Of a stretch of DNA of 64,000 bases, positions 27,091-41,329 are shown piece after piece. The stretch is from the NCBI GenBank assembly GCA_964016885.1, contig OZ024750.1, positions 19,716,001-19,780,000 on the forward strand, in the 5' to 3' direction. Numbering within the stretch: position 1 is the stretch's first letter; every line of letters starts with the position of its first letter. The position numbers and the translations under genes were made by a program. The notes under the pieces are model-generated. The model ran no database searches. It saw only the letters and a list, made by a program, of their open reading frames with translations, and was not told the origin of the DNA. Source of the stretch: Eledone cirrhosa. Taxonomy: Eukaryota.

Positions 27091-28957
27091 TTTCATTAAG
27101 TAAATTACTATCGATAATTTCTCCTTTGGAGATATCATTATTACATCATACAGAATTATATATACTGAATTCATATTAATGGAATCTATATTAAATATTT
27201 CTCTCATTCGTTAGTCTGAAGATAGGGGCATTTAACCTATCAACGTGAAACACTTCGTAAAACTGTAGATCCACGCGTTTTAATTTATTTTCAGAGGGAA
27301 CATGTTTATATGTCTTGTCTAGAGAATTTGCGCAATGAAGTCCTATGGTTGCTTCGCTATCTGCTGATATATACCGTCCAAACAAGTCTCTAATTTCGAC
27401 CCCAATTCCGATGTCTATCTAAACTTTCTACTTTTATCTTTTCGTCGTTATGATAATATAATTTTTTTTTTGTTATTATTTAACATAAATTTCAAATAAA
27501 AATTATATAATATTATCTATTTTTCAAATTTATATTTAATATTTATGAAGTTACCTTATATGATTGCTTTCCAGAAGATTTATAAATAAACAGTGTTGCC
27601 TATAGCTTATAGATATTTGCATATCAAACCTTTCAGATGTTTTCACATATATCTTTTCCAACAAATAAACAATGTTTCACTACACATAATTATTTTCAAT
27701 ATTTTCCACTAAATATTTTCTCATTAACATTTATAGAATTCTAGTAAAGCAGTATTTAGCACAATGTCGTTAATATGTACTTTCTTTCTCGTGGATATTT
27801 GGAAGACACAACCTCAGCAAATAAAGCGTTAACACGTGATTTAACACTGAAAACATTCTAATAGATTCGATGCCATTGGCAAGGACTGGTTAGGAAATAA
27901 TGTTATGTTAGAAACCCCTACGTTAGAAAGTAATTTCTAACCTCACGTTATTACGCAGAATACATTCTATTGTAATTGCATACATACATTCATGCCTTTA
28001 CTTCCAATATATTAGCAATATTTAAATCAATGAAATACAGGGAATTTACAGAAAGTAAAAAGCATTTTAATGTCTTGAACATGATTTGTTCTTCCACTCA
28101 TTTGAATGCGAAACATATACGTATAATTCAAATATTTCGTTGATTAAATCCATTTTAATCTCCACATATACCCCATCTAGTGAAACGTTACACATTTCAA
28201 GACACAGAAACAAATGTAATGTCTTTGAAACCTATAGGAGGTTTATCTCAATACAATTATTTTTAAAAACATCAAATCAGGTGGTTTTGGCGAAATCTCT
28301 TTGAATTACAGAAATAGTCCTTTTTTTTCTTCGGCCCAGAGATTGAAGTTGCTATACACTCTTAATATCGTAATTTTTTTTTAATATTTAGTGTATTAAC
28401 ACCACAGTTCCATTGATTTTTGTTGTCAAGGTTTATCAATTTACACACTGTTAAATTCCATGCTAGTTATCAGGAATCTTGCTCTTTGTGTTTTATAATC
28501 CTTCTTGTTTATGATGCACTTTCATTGACTATGCAAATTATATTTCTTCTTTACATGTCCCCCAAGTACATTTGATTGATCTATATAGATTGGCATGTCT
28601 ACAAGTTTTATAAGTTTATTCTCTCTGATGCTCTAGATTCGGTATCTGTCTAAATAATTTATTTTCATGAGCGACTGCCTCACCCGGAAGGATGAACATA
28701 TTTTAGACTTTGATTTGAATGATGGCCTCTCATTTGTGTTTTATTTGTAGATATACTATTTTTTAATAGTGTTTCAGCACGCATTCTGTTTCTTAAATAA
28801 GGATATCTATTTTAGTTGAGTGCATGTTTGTGTGTTTCATCAATATGTCTGCAGAATATATTAAATCATTTAGGTTATTCAAGGAAGAATTTTCCTTGGG
28901 TTCTTTCAGTAGAAATAAATAGAGCCCTGCAATGTCTCTGCAATTAAAATCAAATTA

Positions 28958-29061
<104 letters not shown>

Positions 29062-29666
29062 TATACACACACACACATATATATATATAAAGAATGAATA
29101 ATAACAGGTAGACATAAAAAGGTAATTTATTCCGTGTGCTTACAAGGGTTTCCACGGTGGTACTGCAGCCTAGTTATGCTACGTGCAAATTCACAAGTAC
29201 TTGCAGAACTCAAATATCCAATGCTGTGACCACTGTTTCCTCAGAGCATAATCCTATACCTAATATATATATATATATATATATATACGTGCGTGTGTTT
29301 CTGTGTGTATGTCTGTGTACGTGTATGCGTATCTGTGTGTGTAGATATTCAAGAATGTATGTATTTTGGTTTAAGTAATCGTAGGTGTGTCCCTGGGTAC
29401 ATGTATATTGATTTTGCTATATTGGCCTTTATTGTTTTCTTTTTCATTTATTTTCTCCGTCTTCTAGACTGTGATAAATATAGTTTGATAATTGGTAAAG
29501 GGGATTTCGTCTATCTATTGAAGGGTGACATATGTCACTGCCATTATCGTTCACAAATGTTCATTTCGTAGAATTTATTTGCCACATTGATTTTTGTTCC
29601 TCCGTGTGGACTGTAATGTTATGATGTTTACCTTGCATTATTTTATAAGGATTGGTGAATTTTATA

Positions 29667-30223
29667 GGGCGGTGAATTGGCAGTATCGGTAGAGGGTTGG
29701 ATTATGCTTTCCAGCATAGTTACGTCCCTTTACGATCTGAGTTCAAATCCCGCCGAGGTTCACTTTGCCTTTCATCCTTACGGGGTCGATAAAATAAAGT
29801 ACCAGTAATGCACTGGGTAATTGCTGGCCTTGTGCCAAAAGTAGAAACAATTATTTTATAAGGTCACATTTTATAAGGGCGGTGAATTGGCAGTATCGGT
29901 AGAGGGTCGGACGCCATGCTGAGTTCAAATCTCGCCGAGGTTAACTTTAGCTTTCAACCTTATGGGGTCGATAAAATAAAGTACCAGTAATCTACTTGGT
30001 ACCTGCTGGCCTTGTGCCAAATGTAGAAACAATTATTTTATAAGGTCACTATCGGTGGAGGGTAGGACGCCATACTTTCCAGCATAGTTACATCCGTTTA
30101 CGATCTGAGTTGAAATCCCGCCGAGGTTGACTTTGCCTTTCATCCTTACGGGGTCGATAAAATAAAGTACCAGTAATGCACCGGATAATTGCTGGCCTTG
30201 TGCCTAAAGTAGAAACAATTATT
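29667..30223 (+). mobile_element. Three head-to-tail SINE A copies
   Basis: 29667-29855, 29877-30037, 30050-30223; each followed by TTTTATWAGGTCAC. Confidence 0.85.
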
Positions 30224-30333
30224 TTATTAGGTCACTATCGTGATACGTATAGTCGTTGCCGCCTTGGGAGACATGCTATTTCTAAATCATTGCATCTCGT
30301 ACACTGCTGTCACTGATCTTCAGAAGTTATATA

Positions 30334-30365
<32 letters not shown>

Positions 30366-30368
30366 AAT

Positions 30369-30708
30369 AATTGTTTCTACTTTAGGCACAAGGCCAGCAA
30401 TCACCCAGTGCATCACTGGTACTTTATTTTATCGACCCTGTAAGGATGAAAGGCAACGTCAATCTCGGCGGGATTTGAACTCAGATCATAAAGGGACGTA
30501 ACTATGCTGGAAAGCATGGCGTCCGACCCTCTACCGATACTCCCAATCCACCGCCAATAATAATAATACTACTACTACTACTAATAATAATAATAATAAT
30601 TGTTTCTAGTTTTGGCAAAAGGCCAGCAATTATTCCAGGGTATTACTGGTACTTTATTTCATCCACCCCATAAGGATGAAAGGCAAGGTTAACCTCGGCG
30701 GGATTTGA
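30369..30708 (-). mobile_element. Two SINE A copies (30369-30555 full, 30598-30708 truncated)
   Basis: Reverse complement of the consensus, with (AAT)n tails. Confidence 0.85.
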
Positions 30709-30870
30709 TCTAAGGGTCGACAATGCCAAAGTCCACTCCAACGGCCGATAACACTGGAGTTGTGTGTACTTTGTTTATATATTTATTAATTTCAAATAAT
30801 CTTTTAAATTTCCCATTGAAAAGTTTGTTTTTCGTTCGTTGTCTTGTCCTCTCTTTCTTAATCTGTTTAA

Positions 30871-30912
<42 letters not shown>

Positions 30913-30936
30913 GTAATGTAATCGGTTGTCAGATTA

Positions 30937-31312
30937 CAGAAAATGGTGCATTTTTAAGCTACGACCAGCCACACGAACCTGTAACATATCCTGAGCAAGC
31001 AATGCCTGTGCTTTGAATGTTTTATTTGGGTGAGGAAAGGCCTTGTACTCGACAAATCTCACTATCTGATCATCGAAAAGACTACTCAAAAAGGAGACGT
31101 GGTCAACATCATCGAATGCTTCCGAAGCGGCAGGTATTTTTTTTAGAGTTTCCCCTCTCTTAGAAAGGCCGTTGACTCTGCTGAGTTCCTCCGCCCTTTA
31201 CCGGGTGTGGCATTTCATCCCGCACGGCGGGTTGCCGGTTTAGTTACTCACGACCCGACCATGAGACAGGTCGTACTGGGTTATATGTTATAAATAGTAC
31301 TCAAGAGCGACC
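30937..31312 (-). mobile_element. Repeat joining the 14919-type head and the 7182-type segment
   Basis: 31166-31312 matches 14921-15107; 30937-31068 matches 7182-7320. Confidence 0.6.
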
Positions 31313-31501
31313 AGACATACATACGCTCAAACAAACAAACACACACACACACACATATATATAACGAAAATGTAAGCAATAAAATGTTCCTGATAGATAT
31401 CTAGATTTCCTAGAGTGCAGCATAAGATCATGTTTTACTTTGCATGTGAATACGCACATACCCACCTACATACTTACACACATACACACCCACACACCCA
31501 T

Positions 31502-31569
<68 letters not shown>

Positions 31570-32600
31570 CACATACATGTGACATATCAAACCAATCATT
31601 TCATCTAATATTATGTGTGTTGATATTTACGTTAGCTGATTTATCTACACATCTGTGTTCTTTCTTGATGTTGTCAAATCAAAATATATGGTTGTCAAAT
31701 CTGCATATTATCTCAATTCTAGTTATTCATGAGAAAGATCTACCTAAAGAGAATCAACTCAATTTATATGGCTTTCTCAGGACGTTTACCCAGGAAAATA
31801 TATATCTAAGAACGTATCATGAATATTAAACATTACTGTACAATTTATCTAGCTTTCGTTTATTTTTTTAATGTAGTTACGCGCATCTTTTTTTTTCCAA
31901 GAAGCTTAACTTTATGGCTGGGCAATTTCTTACAATTTGTTACTGTGACGATAAAAATTCAACACTTATGCAATGGGATTATTATTCTGTGAAGTACATT
32001 CGAAATAGATTTTTTCTTGATATGTACTATTTAATTATTAGTTATCTTTTTCATTCTATTTTATATTGAAATTTATATTGCATAAACTGCCTCAAACCCC
32101 TTTAATTCATCACGTTTCCACTATATGACGCACGAGTGTTATTACTATGTAATTTTAGTGTAAAATATATTGGAAGCTTAAGAATCTCATTATATTTTAA
32201 AGTGGAAATAGAAAATGCAAATTTTTATATGCTTTTTTACATAGATTCCACTAGGCATTTGTTTGGAAAATACGAGTATCAGAGAAGAGATGATATACTT
32301 CAACGTCGGATGATATCAGCACTTTTAGATAATGAATATATTAGCATATGAAACGGCAGGAAAGGTTTATTTGTAATTCAAATATTTTACTTTAATAATT
32401 GAATCAAATAATGTTCGTATCTGTTTACATGCTGAGTGAGTGATGAGAAGATTATCACGGAAGGCTTTATCTTCATAATATACAACTGTACCTATATGGA
32501 ATGTCTGGGCCTATATGCAATGTTTCTCAAATAAAAAGACAAAAATATGTGATAATCGAGAGGGATATAAGATATCTTAATATATTCAAATCTATATACG

Positions 32601-32625
<25 letters not shown>

Positions 32626-32631
<6 letters not shown>

Positions 32632-32696
32632 GTTCTTCTTTTGGCACAAGGCCAGCAATTATACCAGTGTATTACTGGTACTTTATTTTATCGACC
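32626..32696 (-). mobile_element. SINE A 3' fragment
   Basis: GGCACAAGGCCAGCAATT...TTTTATCGACC. Confidence 0.8.
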
Positions 32697-33348
32697 ACGT
32701 TATATATATAATGCAAATATTTCAGCAATGGAAAACAGTTGTAGCAAACAAGTTGAGCAATTTACAAAGCTTGATATTAAGAGAAATCTAGTATGAAGTT
32801 CCTTCAATGTATCGAAATGTATCACTTCATCAGGACAGATACAAGTGTAGTAAAACAGTTAGAAAAGGCAAAGAAATGTATATATATATATATATATACA
32901 AGTTAATATATATTAATATATGATAAACACATACGTGTTTGTATTGCAAAAGACGAAGTTAGCTAGAATGAAATAAATAAATTAAAATGAATATAGTTTG
33001 TCTGTCTCGATATAAGTCAATAAAGACAAGCTTATATTGGCAAAAGCCGTGATTCCTGGACAAATTTAAATTTCAAAGTTCAAACCTGCTCCGTAGATGA
33101 ATTTGAACTTCGAAACCTAAATGTGTTTCGCAACGATGGTATAAAAAGTAAAATATTCAAATTTTCTGTGCTTATCAACAGGAATCCAGTAAAATTAGTA
33201 CATTTCACCTCCAAAAATTTTGTAGGACTGATTCACAAGTACAAACGCACGAGGTACAATCAGCTATACTAGTATTTCACGGCTCGGAAATGCTTCTTTC
33301 TTTGAGCTATTTAATTGTAAATGACTTTGAGTTTAAACTCTAAATATA

Positions 33349-33442
<94 letters not shown>

Positions 33443-33447
<5 letters not shown>

Positions 33448-33519
33448 TTATTAAAATAACACATTAAAGTTTAAGCAAAGAATCGCTGCTTTCACCCTTA
33501 ACGGGATCTTCTGAAACTC
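33443..33519 (-). mobile_element. Family B solo arm between (TA)n tracts
   Basis: Matches 15877-15953. Confidence 0.75.
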
Positions 33520-33543
33520 TGTATATATATATATATATATATA

Positions 33544-33736
33544 GTGAGGGAAAAGTGGTAAGGAACCAGGTGGACCATAACGCACCAAAGTACTCAATAC
33601 TTAGGGTAGTAGAGTGGGTAATAGGAGTAAGTAAGACCCCGACGGCTGAGCTCAAGCCGTTTCGACGGCTAATTCTGTACTCAATTAGCCGTCGAAACGG
33701 CTTGAGCTCAGCCGTCGGGGTCTTACTTACTCCTAT
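33544..33736 (-). mobile_element. Family D fold-back element, 54-bp perfect arms
   Basis: 33621-33674 pairs with 33683-33736; tail 33544-33620; (TA)n on both sides. Confidence 0.85.
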
Positions 33737-34518
33737 ATATATATATATATATATATATTTTTTTACGTATATATGTTTATGTGCATACCATGTGTGTGTT
33801 TTCTGTCGTGTGCATGTAAATATATACATATATATCTATAGATCATTAACACTATGCTATTGGAAATTAATCCTAAAGTTCATCAATTCTAACGCCTGTA
33901 TTTATCGATATATGTGCGTGTGCGATTGTGTTCTTGTGTGGATGCTCATATGAACATCATATATTTATTATATCCGTAAGTACCACAGATACGCACACCA
34001 ACATAGAAGCATTTATATTTCTGGCAGACTGTTTTCAAATACTTTCATATCTATTTCAGGAAATAGCAAAATCTCATAAGTATTATGAAAACTAACATAA
34101 AATTAATACAGAGAAAAATAATACACATCAAACATATATTGCAAATAAAGAAATCAGATATTTTCTCTATTCTGTGAAACATCCTCCAGGAAATCTAAGC
34201 AGAAAATAGTTATCTTGTAAAGGAGCCAAATTATTTTCTCAAATCATTTGTATTTTAGAAAGAATAAATTATGTGCAAATAAATAGATAAATGTATAAAT
34301 ATATATAAATAGATAAGTAAATATAAATAATATTATGACACTGTAGAGTTACTATCAATTCAAAATTATTTAGAAACGGAGGATTGCATTTACGGGATTT
34401 CTTTTTTTTCTTTTATTTACTCACATACACACACACATACACACATGCATACACACACCCACACATACATATATGTATGCATATTTATATATATATATAT
34501 ACATATTTATATGCATAT

Positions 34519-34585
<67 letters not shown>

Positions 34586-34712
34586 CATATATATATATAT
34601 ACCCCCTCCCCCACCACTCTCAATAGCGTGAAACTAATAAACCTTTGTTTGTACTGCCTCTCTGTTTTTGTTCCCGTTCATGTTTTCACTACAAACACGC
34701 AGACACACACAC

Positions 34713-34827
<115 letters not shown>

Positions 34828-34833
34828 CATATA

Positions 34834-34904
<71 letters not shown>

Positions 34905-35343
34905 TTATATTTATATACATATATATATATATATATATTGCGAATATTATGTATAGGAAAAGAATGAGAACGCTTTGGCTGATAACGTGTACGTTATAAC
35001 CCTACCATCGTGATATGACCTAAACAATACGAAGATACTAAAAAATATCATTGTATAAAACAATTCTATAATGATATATTGTGGTGAATTTAGATTAATA
35101 TAAACATTTTTTATTGATATAGATATGAAATATCACAAAAGGATATTTTGAATATATTTTGATTTTAGATATTACGTTGATATAATATTAGTTTTATGTT
35201 AGATGGAATTACCTTATACATTTTCGGCTTTTTATCGTTGAAAATACGTGAATCATTGAGGGTACAAGATGGAATGCTTTGCTGTAAATGTTTCATCTTT
35301 CTCTGCTCTAAGTTCGAATCCAACACATGCCAAATTTGCTGTT

Positions 35344-35587
35344 TATCCTTTGTTTTTTAGCTGTATATACTACCTCATATTATATTAGGGTATATACCTC
35401 ATATTATATTAGCTGTATATCGTTTGTTTTTTAGCTGTATATACTACCTCATATTATATTAGGGTATATACCTCATATTATATTAGCTGTATATCCTTTG
35501 TTTTTAGCTGTATATACTACCTCATATTATATTAGGGTATATACCTCATATTATATTAGCTGTATATACTACCTCATATTATATTAG
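35344..35587. repeat. Minisatellite, about 75-bp unit with TACCTCATATTATATTAG subunit
   Basis: About three units of TTTGTTTTTTAGCTGTATATACTACCTCATATTATATTAGGGTATATACCTCATATTATATTAGCTGTA. Confidence 0.85.
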
Positions 35588-35588
35588 A

Positions 35589-35778
35589 GCGGTGGATTGG
35601 CAGTATCGGTAAGGGTCGGACGCCATGCTTTGAAGCATAGAGTTACCTCCCTTTATGATCTGAGTTCAAATCCCGCCGAGGTTAACTTTGCCTTTCATCC
35701 TTACGGGGTCGATAAAATAAAGTACCAGTAATGCACTGGAATAATAGCTGGCCTTGTGCCAAAAGTAGAAACAATTAT
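35589..35778 (+). mobile_element. SINE A, full length
   Basis: Matches consensus; ATTATATTAG on both sides; a related decayed copy follows at about 35805-35915. Confidence 0.85.
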
Positions 35779-36021
35779 ATTAGGGTACCGGATTTGCATA
35801 GATTTACGGCCCTTGGAAGCTTTTCATCCTTGCGGGGTCGATAAATAAGGTACCAGTAATGAACTGAGGCCGATTTAATTAACTTTCTGGCGTTATACCT
35901 AAAATTAGAAACTAATATATAATTCTGAGTCTTTTTCAAGAGAATACTTTGTGGTTTCAAGCAGATGTGGAAATAGTCCAAGCAGATTAAATGATCCTGT
36001 ACACTTTCCTTTGTTGCAAAA

Positions 36022-36312
36022 GGAAGGTTGTGAGTTTGATTCTCGGACCGGGTGATGCGTTGTCTGCTTGAGCACGACACTTTATTTCCACGTTGCTCCA
36101 GTTTACTCAGCTGTAGAAATGAGTTACAACGTCACTGGTGCCAAGCTGTATTTGTCATTGCCTTTGCCTTGGACATTATCGGTGGCGTGGAGAAAGGAGG
36201 CTGGTATGCATGGGCGACTGTTGATCTTCCACAAACGACCTTGCCGGGACTTGTGCCTCGGCGTAAAACTTTCTAGGTGCAAATCCCAGGGTCGTTTGTG
36301 ACCGAATCGGTC
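36022..36312 (+). mobile_element. Second SINE family (CORE-type)
   Basis: B-box-like GAGTTTGATTCTC, then CTTGAGCACGACACTTTAT...ACTCAGCTGTAGAAATGAGT, resembling a CORE domain. Confidence 0.55.
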
Positions 36313-38655
36313 TTTTTTAATACGGCATGTTATTTCTTTTTGCCTTTGTTAGGCATTCATTTTTTCATTTCGTTTGCTCTATATCATAATCTAAGGAATA
36401 TAGTCCACATAATCTTGTTATTTGGGGTTACCATTACAATTTATAACATTGTTTTACTTACTATTGTTTTTCTCTTTATACTCATATTTTGTCAATACTG
36501 TATTTTCGATCAATGCGTTTAATGATGGTAAATAAACATTTCTAGAAATTTGATATCGTGTATAGAATTGAAGCAGAAAAGAAAACAAGTTGTACAAAAT
36601 GTTTATATTTAATTATGCATTTCAGTATTTCTATGTTTAATTATCCTTACTTCTTTTAAGAGTAACTTTATATAAGTTTATTTTCATATCGATATGACCA
36701 CTGAATCATTGCGCAAATTACATACGTTTCCTTCTGCCTGTATTTACTTATATATAATTTTACACAATTGAAACCGAGGTATGCAACTTCATATATATAT
36801 ATATATATATATCCTCACGAACACTGCAAACATTCGTCTCTTGAGGAAATACATTTATTACCGTGTCTAGGAAAGTTATTGTTCTACATTTTATATGTAG
36901 TTTTCCTGAAATTTATTTATGTATATGTTGTAGCGTTAGTGGTGACACCGCTTTAAACAATACCTGGTTGAGATACCGCATTAATGACTATGATCGCCAT
37001 GAGAATGAAACAATATAAAAGGTATTTCAGTAACAATTTCATAACAGGCTTTGATTTTTATATCATCTTTTTTCTTCTTCATATCTATCCTTTTTTATAC
37101 ATTATCTAAATAAAGTCATTTTCCTGAGGTATTTAAATGCTTCTAGCTTGTGAATCATGCATCTTTCTCATATAATAAAACACACAACGATATCAGTACT
37201 AACATTTATATTCTTCAGGTGTATTTGTTTTATAATTTCTGTGAATCTCTCTCCCATACATTAGTTATATTGCTTCTACATTTGGTAAATTATATGCAAG
37301 TTTCGCAGGCCCTCGTTTGGTGTGATCTGATATTTTTCTGTCAGATTTATCCCTTGCTGTTTCTCTATTTATATTTTAACATTTTGCTATATCTTCAGGG
37401 GCAGATTGCTATATGTATAATTATATTAATGTTTCGGGTATATTTTTATCGCTTTCTTCTCACATTCGCTAGTGCAGTTGGATTTGAATGTTTTATATCT
37501 CTATTTGAATCTACAGCACAACGCATATTTCTCATTTAATATTTTATCTTGTATGGATTTTAGCTCTTCTAAATACTATCCTTGAACCAATCTCTTATTG
37601 TTGTTTAGTTTTGTTTAATTTCAATATACTCTAGACAAAATAAGCACGGATGTCTCTTGGATGAGCGTTTCAAAAGTTAGTTCAATACAGTCAATTCCAG
37701 ATCTCAGGGATTAACTTGTTTTTTTTTAATGTGTCAGACGTACCAAACAATCTTGCTACAAAGCCTACAAATGTCATTTTTGTTCCTAGAATTTCTATAT
37801 GAAGTCAGGCAACTTTAGACCAACTTAAAAAGAATTGTATATTTTTAGTTTGAAAACCACGGCCCTCTGTTAATATGCGTGTTCCTATCGATCACTTAAA
37901 TATTCGTTTTAATATTTCCAGGCGAAAATAATTTTAAACTCACAGGACTTACACAATTAGATTCAGCTATATTTGCTCTACCGATTCGAGTCAGCTTGAA
38001 TTCACAAGATGGATGATAACTGGAATTGCATTTGGTTGTTTTGATATATACAATCCTTGCTGCTGTACATCAGAAACTCTCCAGTTTTTAAATATATTTC
38101 TAAACATTATACATAAAAGCATTTAATATACAGAATTGTTAAATACTTTACGATAGAAGTATATCGATAACCATTATATAAACATAGGCACATTTTAATA
38201 TATTAAATACAGAATTATTGTATGTAATGTTTTATGGAATTTGACCCGGATATATCAGGAATTTAACCTGGTGTTTGTCCTATCTACATATAGTTCCGTA
38301 TATATTTCAACCTACGATTGATTTAAAATTTCCTGAAATGAAGGCCATCTAGTAAGGATCTAGTTATTATTGTCATTAGTACTAGAGGTGGTACCTGTAA
38401 ATATTTCAGGAACATATAAGGAGTCTTTTCTTGTTTCATAAAGAAATGCTTAGCATATTTATGTTTGATAAATTCTTTGCGAGGTTATAGATTTTATTTT
38501 ATCATTATCAGAACTGATCGCATATCTTTTAGTGGATTCGTAGAGGCAACGTATTCATATACGACGAGTTTTAGGCATTTTTAAACACGTCGGACTACAC
38601 ATCTCTCCAGGATTCCCAAAATCCGATTGTTTTGGGAAGCGAGGAAGATAGAAAA

Positions 38656-38720
<65 letters not shown>

Positions 38721-39518
38721 GAGAAATAAATAAAAATAGTTGTAGGAGAAACGCTAATATCAGTACTGGATTTATCGACCCCGAAAAAATATAAACATAT
38801 CACTGTATAGTTTAATATCATCTCCTGATTAAAATTTTTGGTCAAGCAGCATTAACATTTATCTTCTGTAGAATATGAATATCGGCTTTATTGAGTTCAG
38901 TGTTTTGGGAAGCAATGCAAATTTGTAAGCCGGAAATATAAAGTGTAAGCATCTCTGGTGTATTTAAAATACCGCAGTTTCGGATTTCCTCGTACCATAT
39001 ATATTGTTCATACTTGTCTCTACCCCATTGGGAAGCAGCATCCTATAAATATGATATAAACAAGTGGTAACAACACTTATTCATATACAAATGAGTTAAT
39101 GTACGTAATATTGATGTTCTTAAAACATTTAAGTTTATAAAGTATCTGAGCTTTGTATAGAATTTTAACAATTCATTGCATCGAAGGAATGAGATATGTT
39201 TAAAACACGGAAACCATTTGAAAAATACTATTTTATTCTGCAGTGTGCGTATCGTATAGAATTAGATTATATTCACCGGGTAAATTTATTGCATGTCTTT
39301 CACCGTATCACATTGAATTTTCTCATGACATTTTTTTTATTTCTTTATGCATTTACTCTTCCAGTCATTAGACTGCGCTAACACTGGGACATCTTAACTT
39401 AGTTGATTATATATGAGTTGCAGTACTTATATAACCAATCAATTTGTCTCAGACGACTAAGTTACGGTTTATAAAGTAAAAGACACAAACATACACACAC
39501 ATACGTGCATATATATAT

Positions 39519-39661
39519 AAGGGTGAAAGCAGCGATTCTTTGCTTAAAATTTAATCTGTTATTTTAATAAATATTTGCTCTACGGTTCTTATATATTTGA
39601 TATATATTTATCCTTATCGAGCCCTCTTTGGATTTTAGTCTTCAAATTTATTATTATTACT
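39519..39661 (+). mobile_element. Family B colinear (non-inverted) copy
   Basis: AAGGGTGAAAGCAGCGATTC...TTTTAATAAATATTTGCTCTACGG...TTATTATTAC shows the native order. Confidence 0.75.
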
Positions 39662-39667
39662 ATACAC

Positions 39668-39701
<34 letters not shown>

Positions 39702-39710
39702 GCACGCACG

Positions 39711-39798
<88 letters not shown>

Positions 39799-39968
39799 AG
39801 TATAGAGAAAAGGTGAAGTTGGAAAAAGCATGGAAAATATATTTAACGGTCTATTTTTCTTTTTTTTATCCATGTCAAAGTGACATTATTGAAAAGATGA
39901 CATTGAAAAAATGAGAGGGACAATTCTTTGTTTAAAAAAGCTTTATATTATATATAAAGTATATAAAG

Positions 39969-40012
39969 TATTACCGGTTTCGATGTATTATTAAAATTCA
40001 TCTTATCAAATG
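39969..40012 (-). ncRNA. Hammerhead-like motif, U3-A8 variant
   Basis: Minus strand: TTGATAA GATG...CATC GAAA CCGG TA; weak stem I. Confidence 0.45.
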
Positions 40013-40358
40013 TTGATTGTTGAAATAAAAAATTAAGAAGAATTAAAAACTAAAAATTAAAGATTTAAAATTAAAATTAATTGTTGAAGTACGTTTTTTA
40101 ACCCCTCTTTCTTGCTCAAATGTGGGTTGGAGAATGAGTTCTTGTTAATAGCAAGGTGGTAGTGAAGATAGTAGCAGTAGTGTTGGCGGTTGTGTTTCTA
40201 CACAGAACAAAGTTGTTTTTTTTTGTGGGGAAAAAGGAAACATCCTGTAAATATGTGTGTGTATATCTGATTGTACTAATTGACTAGTCAAGAGTTCAAA
40301 AGGGGATGGGGAATTGTAAGCTAGAGGCAAATTCTATGGCAGCAGTATTATTGTAAAA

Positions 40359-40549
40359 GGGCGGTGGATTGGCAGTATCGTTAGAGGGTCGGACGCCATG
40401 CTTTGACGCATAGAGTTACGGCCCTTGCCATTCTGGGTTCAAAACCCGCCGAGGTTAACTTTGCCTTTCATCCTTATGGGGTCGATAAAATAAAGTACCA
40501 GTAATGCACTGGGTAATTGCTGGCCGTGTGCCAAATGTAGAAATAATTA
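40359..40549 (+). mobile_element. SINE A, full length with TSD
   Basis: ATTATTGTAAAAG at 40347-40359 and 40546-40558. Confidence 0.9.
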
Positions 40550-41274
40550 TTGTAAAAGAAATTCTATTATTGGAATATGGTTTTAGGGAGTGTGTAAATA
40601 TAGACTGTGAGGGCGTATATATAACAATACACACATGTGTGTGTGTGTTCTTTTTTTAGCCTGTTTGTTACAGTTCCCTTTAGCAATATACCTCATATGT
40701 GTGTGTGTGAGGGGGGGGGGGGGGGTCAGCCTGTCAAAAAATTCCTAAAACTTCAAAATTTGAAAACTTAAGAAAATTTTTTAAAAAAGGATAAACAACA
40801 AAAACAAAAAAAAACAGAGCACATGTCTGTCACAGGTCCTCTTGTAGTAGGACATTTTATAAAACCTTCAAAATTAAAAAAATGTTCTCAAAATTTAGAG
40901 GAGTCTCAAAAAAATAAAAAGCCAGAGTAGTGTATCAGTAGTGGCTCTCGAACAGAAACTTCTGGAGTAAGTAATTTTTTCTCTCTTATTTTGACACAAA
41001 TGTGTGCGTGCGGAGAGGGGGTTGTGGTGTGTGTGTGTGTGTGGTTTTCAGCCTGTCTGTCACAGGTCCCTTTGTGGTGGGAAATTAATTTTTTTTTCCA
41101 AAAATTCTGAAAATTTTCAAAAACTAAAATTTCCTTAAAACAAAATAAATATATATATTTATTTTTATAATATTTTATATTCGCACCCTATTCAATCTTC
41201 TGAGATACTTTGAAGTGAAGGTATCCTAATTTTACAACCACTGATGTATGTATATATATATATATGTATGTATG

Positions 41275-41324
<50 letters not shown>

Positions 41325-41329
<5 letters not shown>

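Noticed and set aside
32790-32835. Minus-strand CTGATGA...GAAG hammerhead-like motif
   Set aside because: GAAA and the cleavage triplet are missing.
33480-33515. Family B CAGAAGA-TCCCGTTAAGGGT-GAAA as an active hammerhead
   Set aside because: Core differs at position 4 in three copies, and stems III and I could not be assigned; kept only as ribozyme-like.
35344-35587. CRISPR-like array of TACCTCATATTATATTAG
   Set aside because: Spacers are themselves repeated, the context is eukaryotic and no cas genes are present; it is a minisatellite.
37150-37539. 129-aa hydrophobic ORF
   Set aside because: T-rich composition explains it; no recognisable motif or splice support.
40630-41140. Degenerate repeats of CAGCCTGT..CACAGGTCC..AAAATT
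   Set aside because: Too diverged to define a unit or assign a class.
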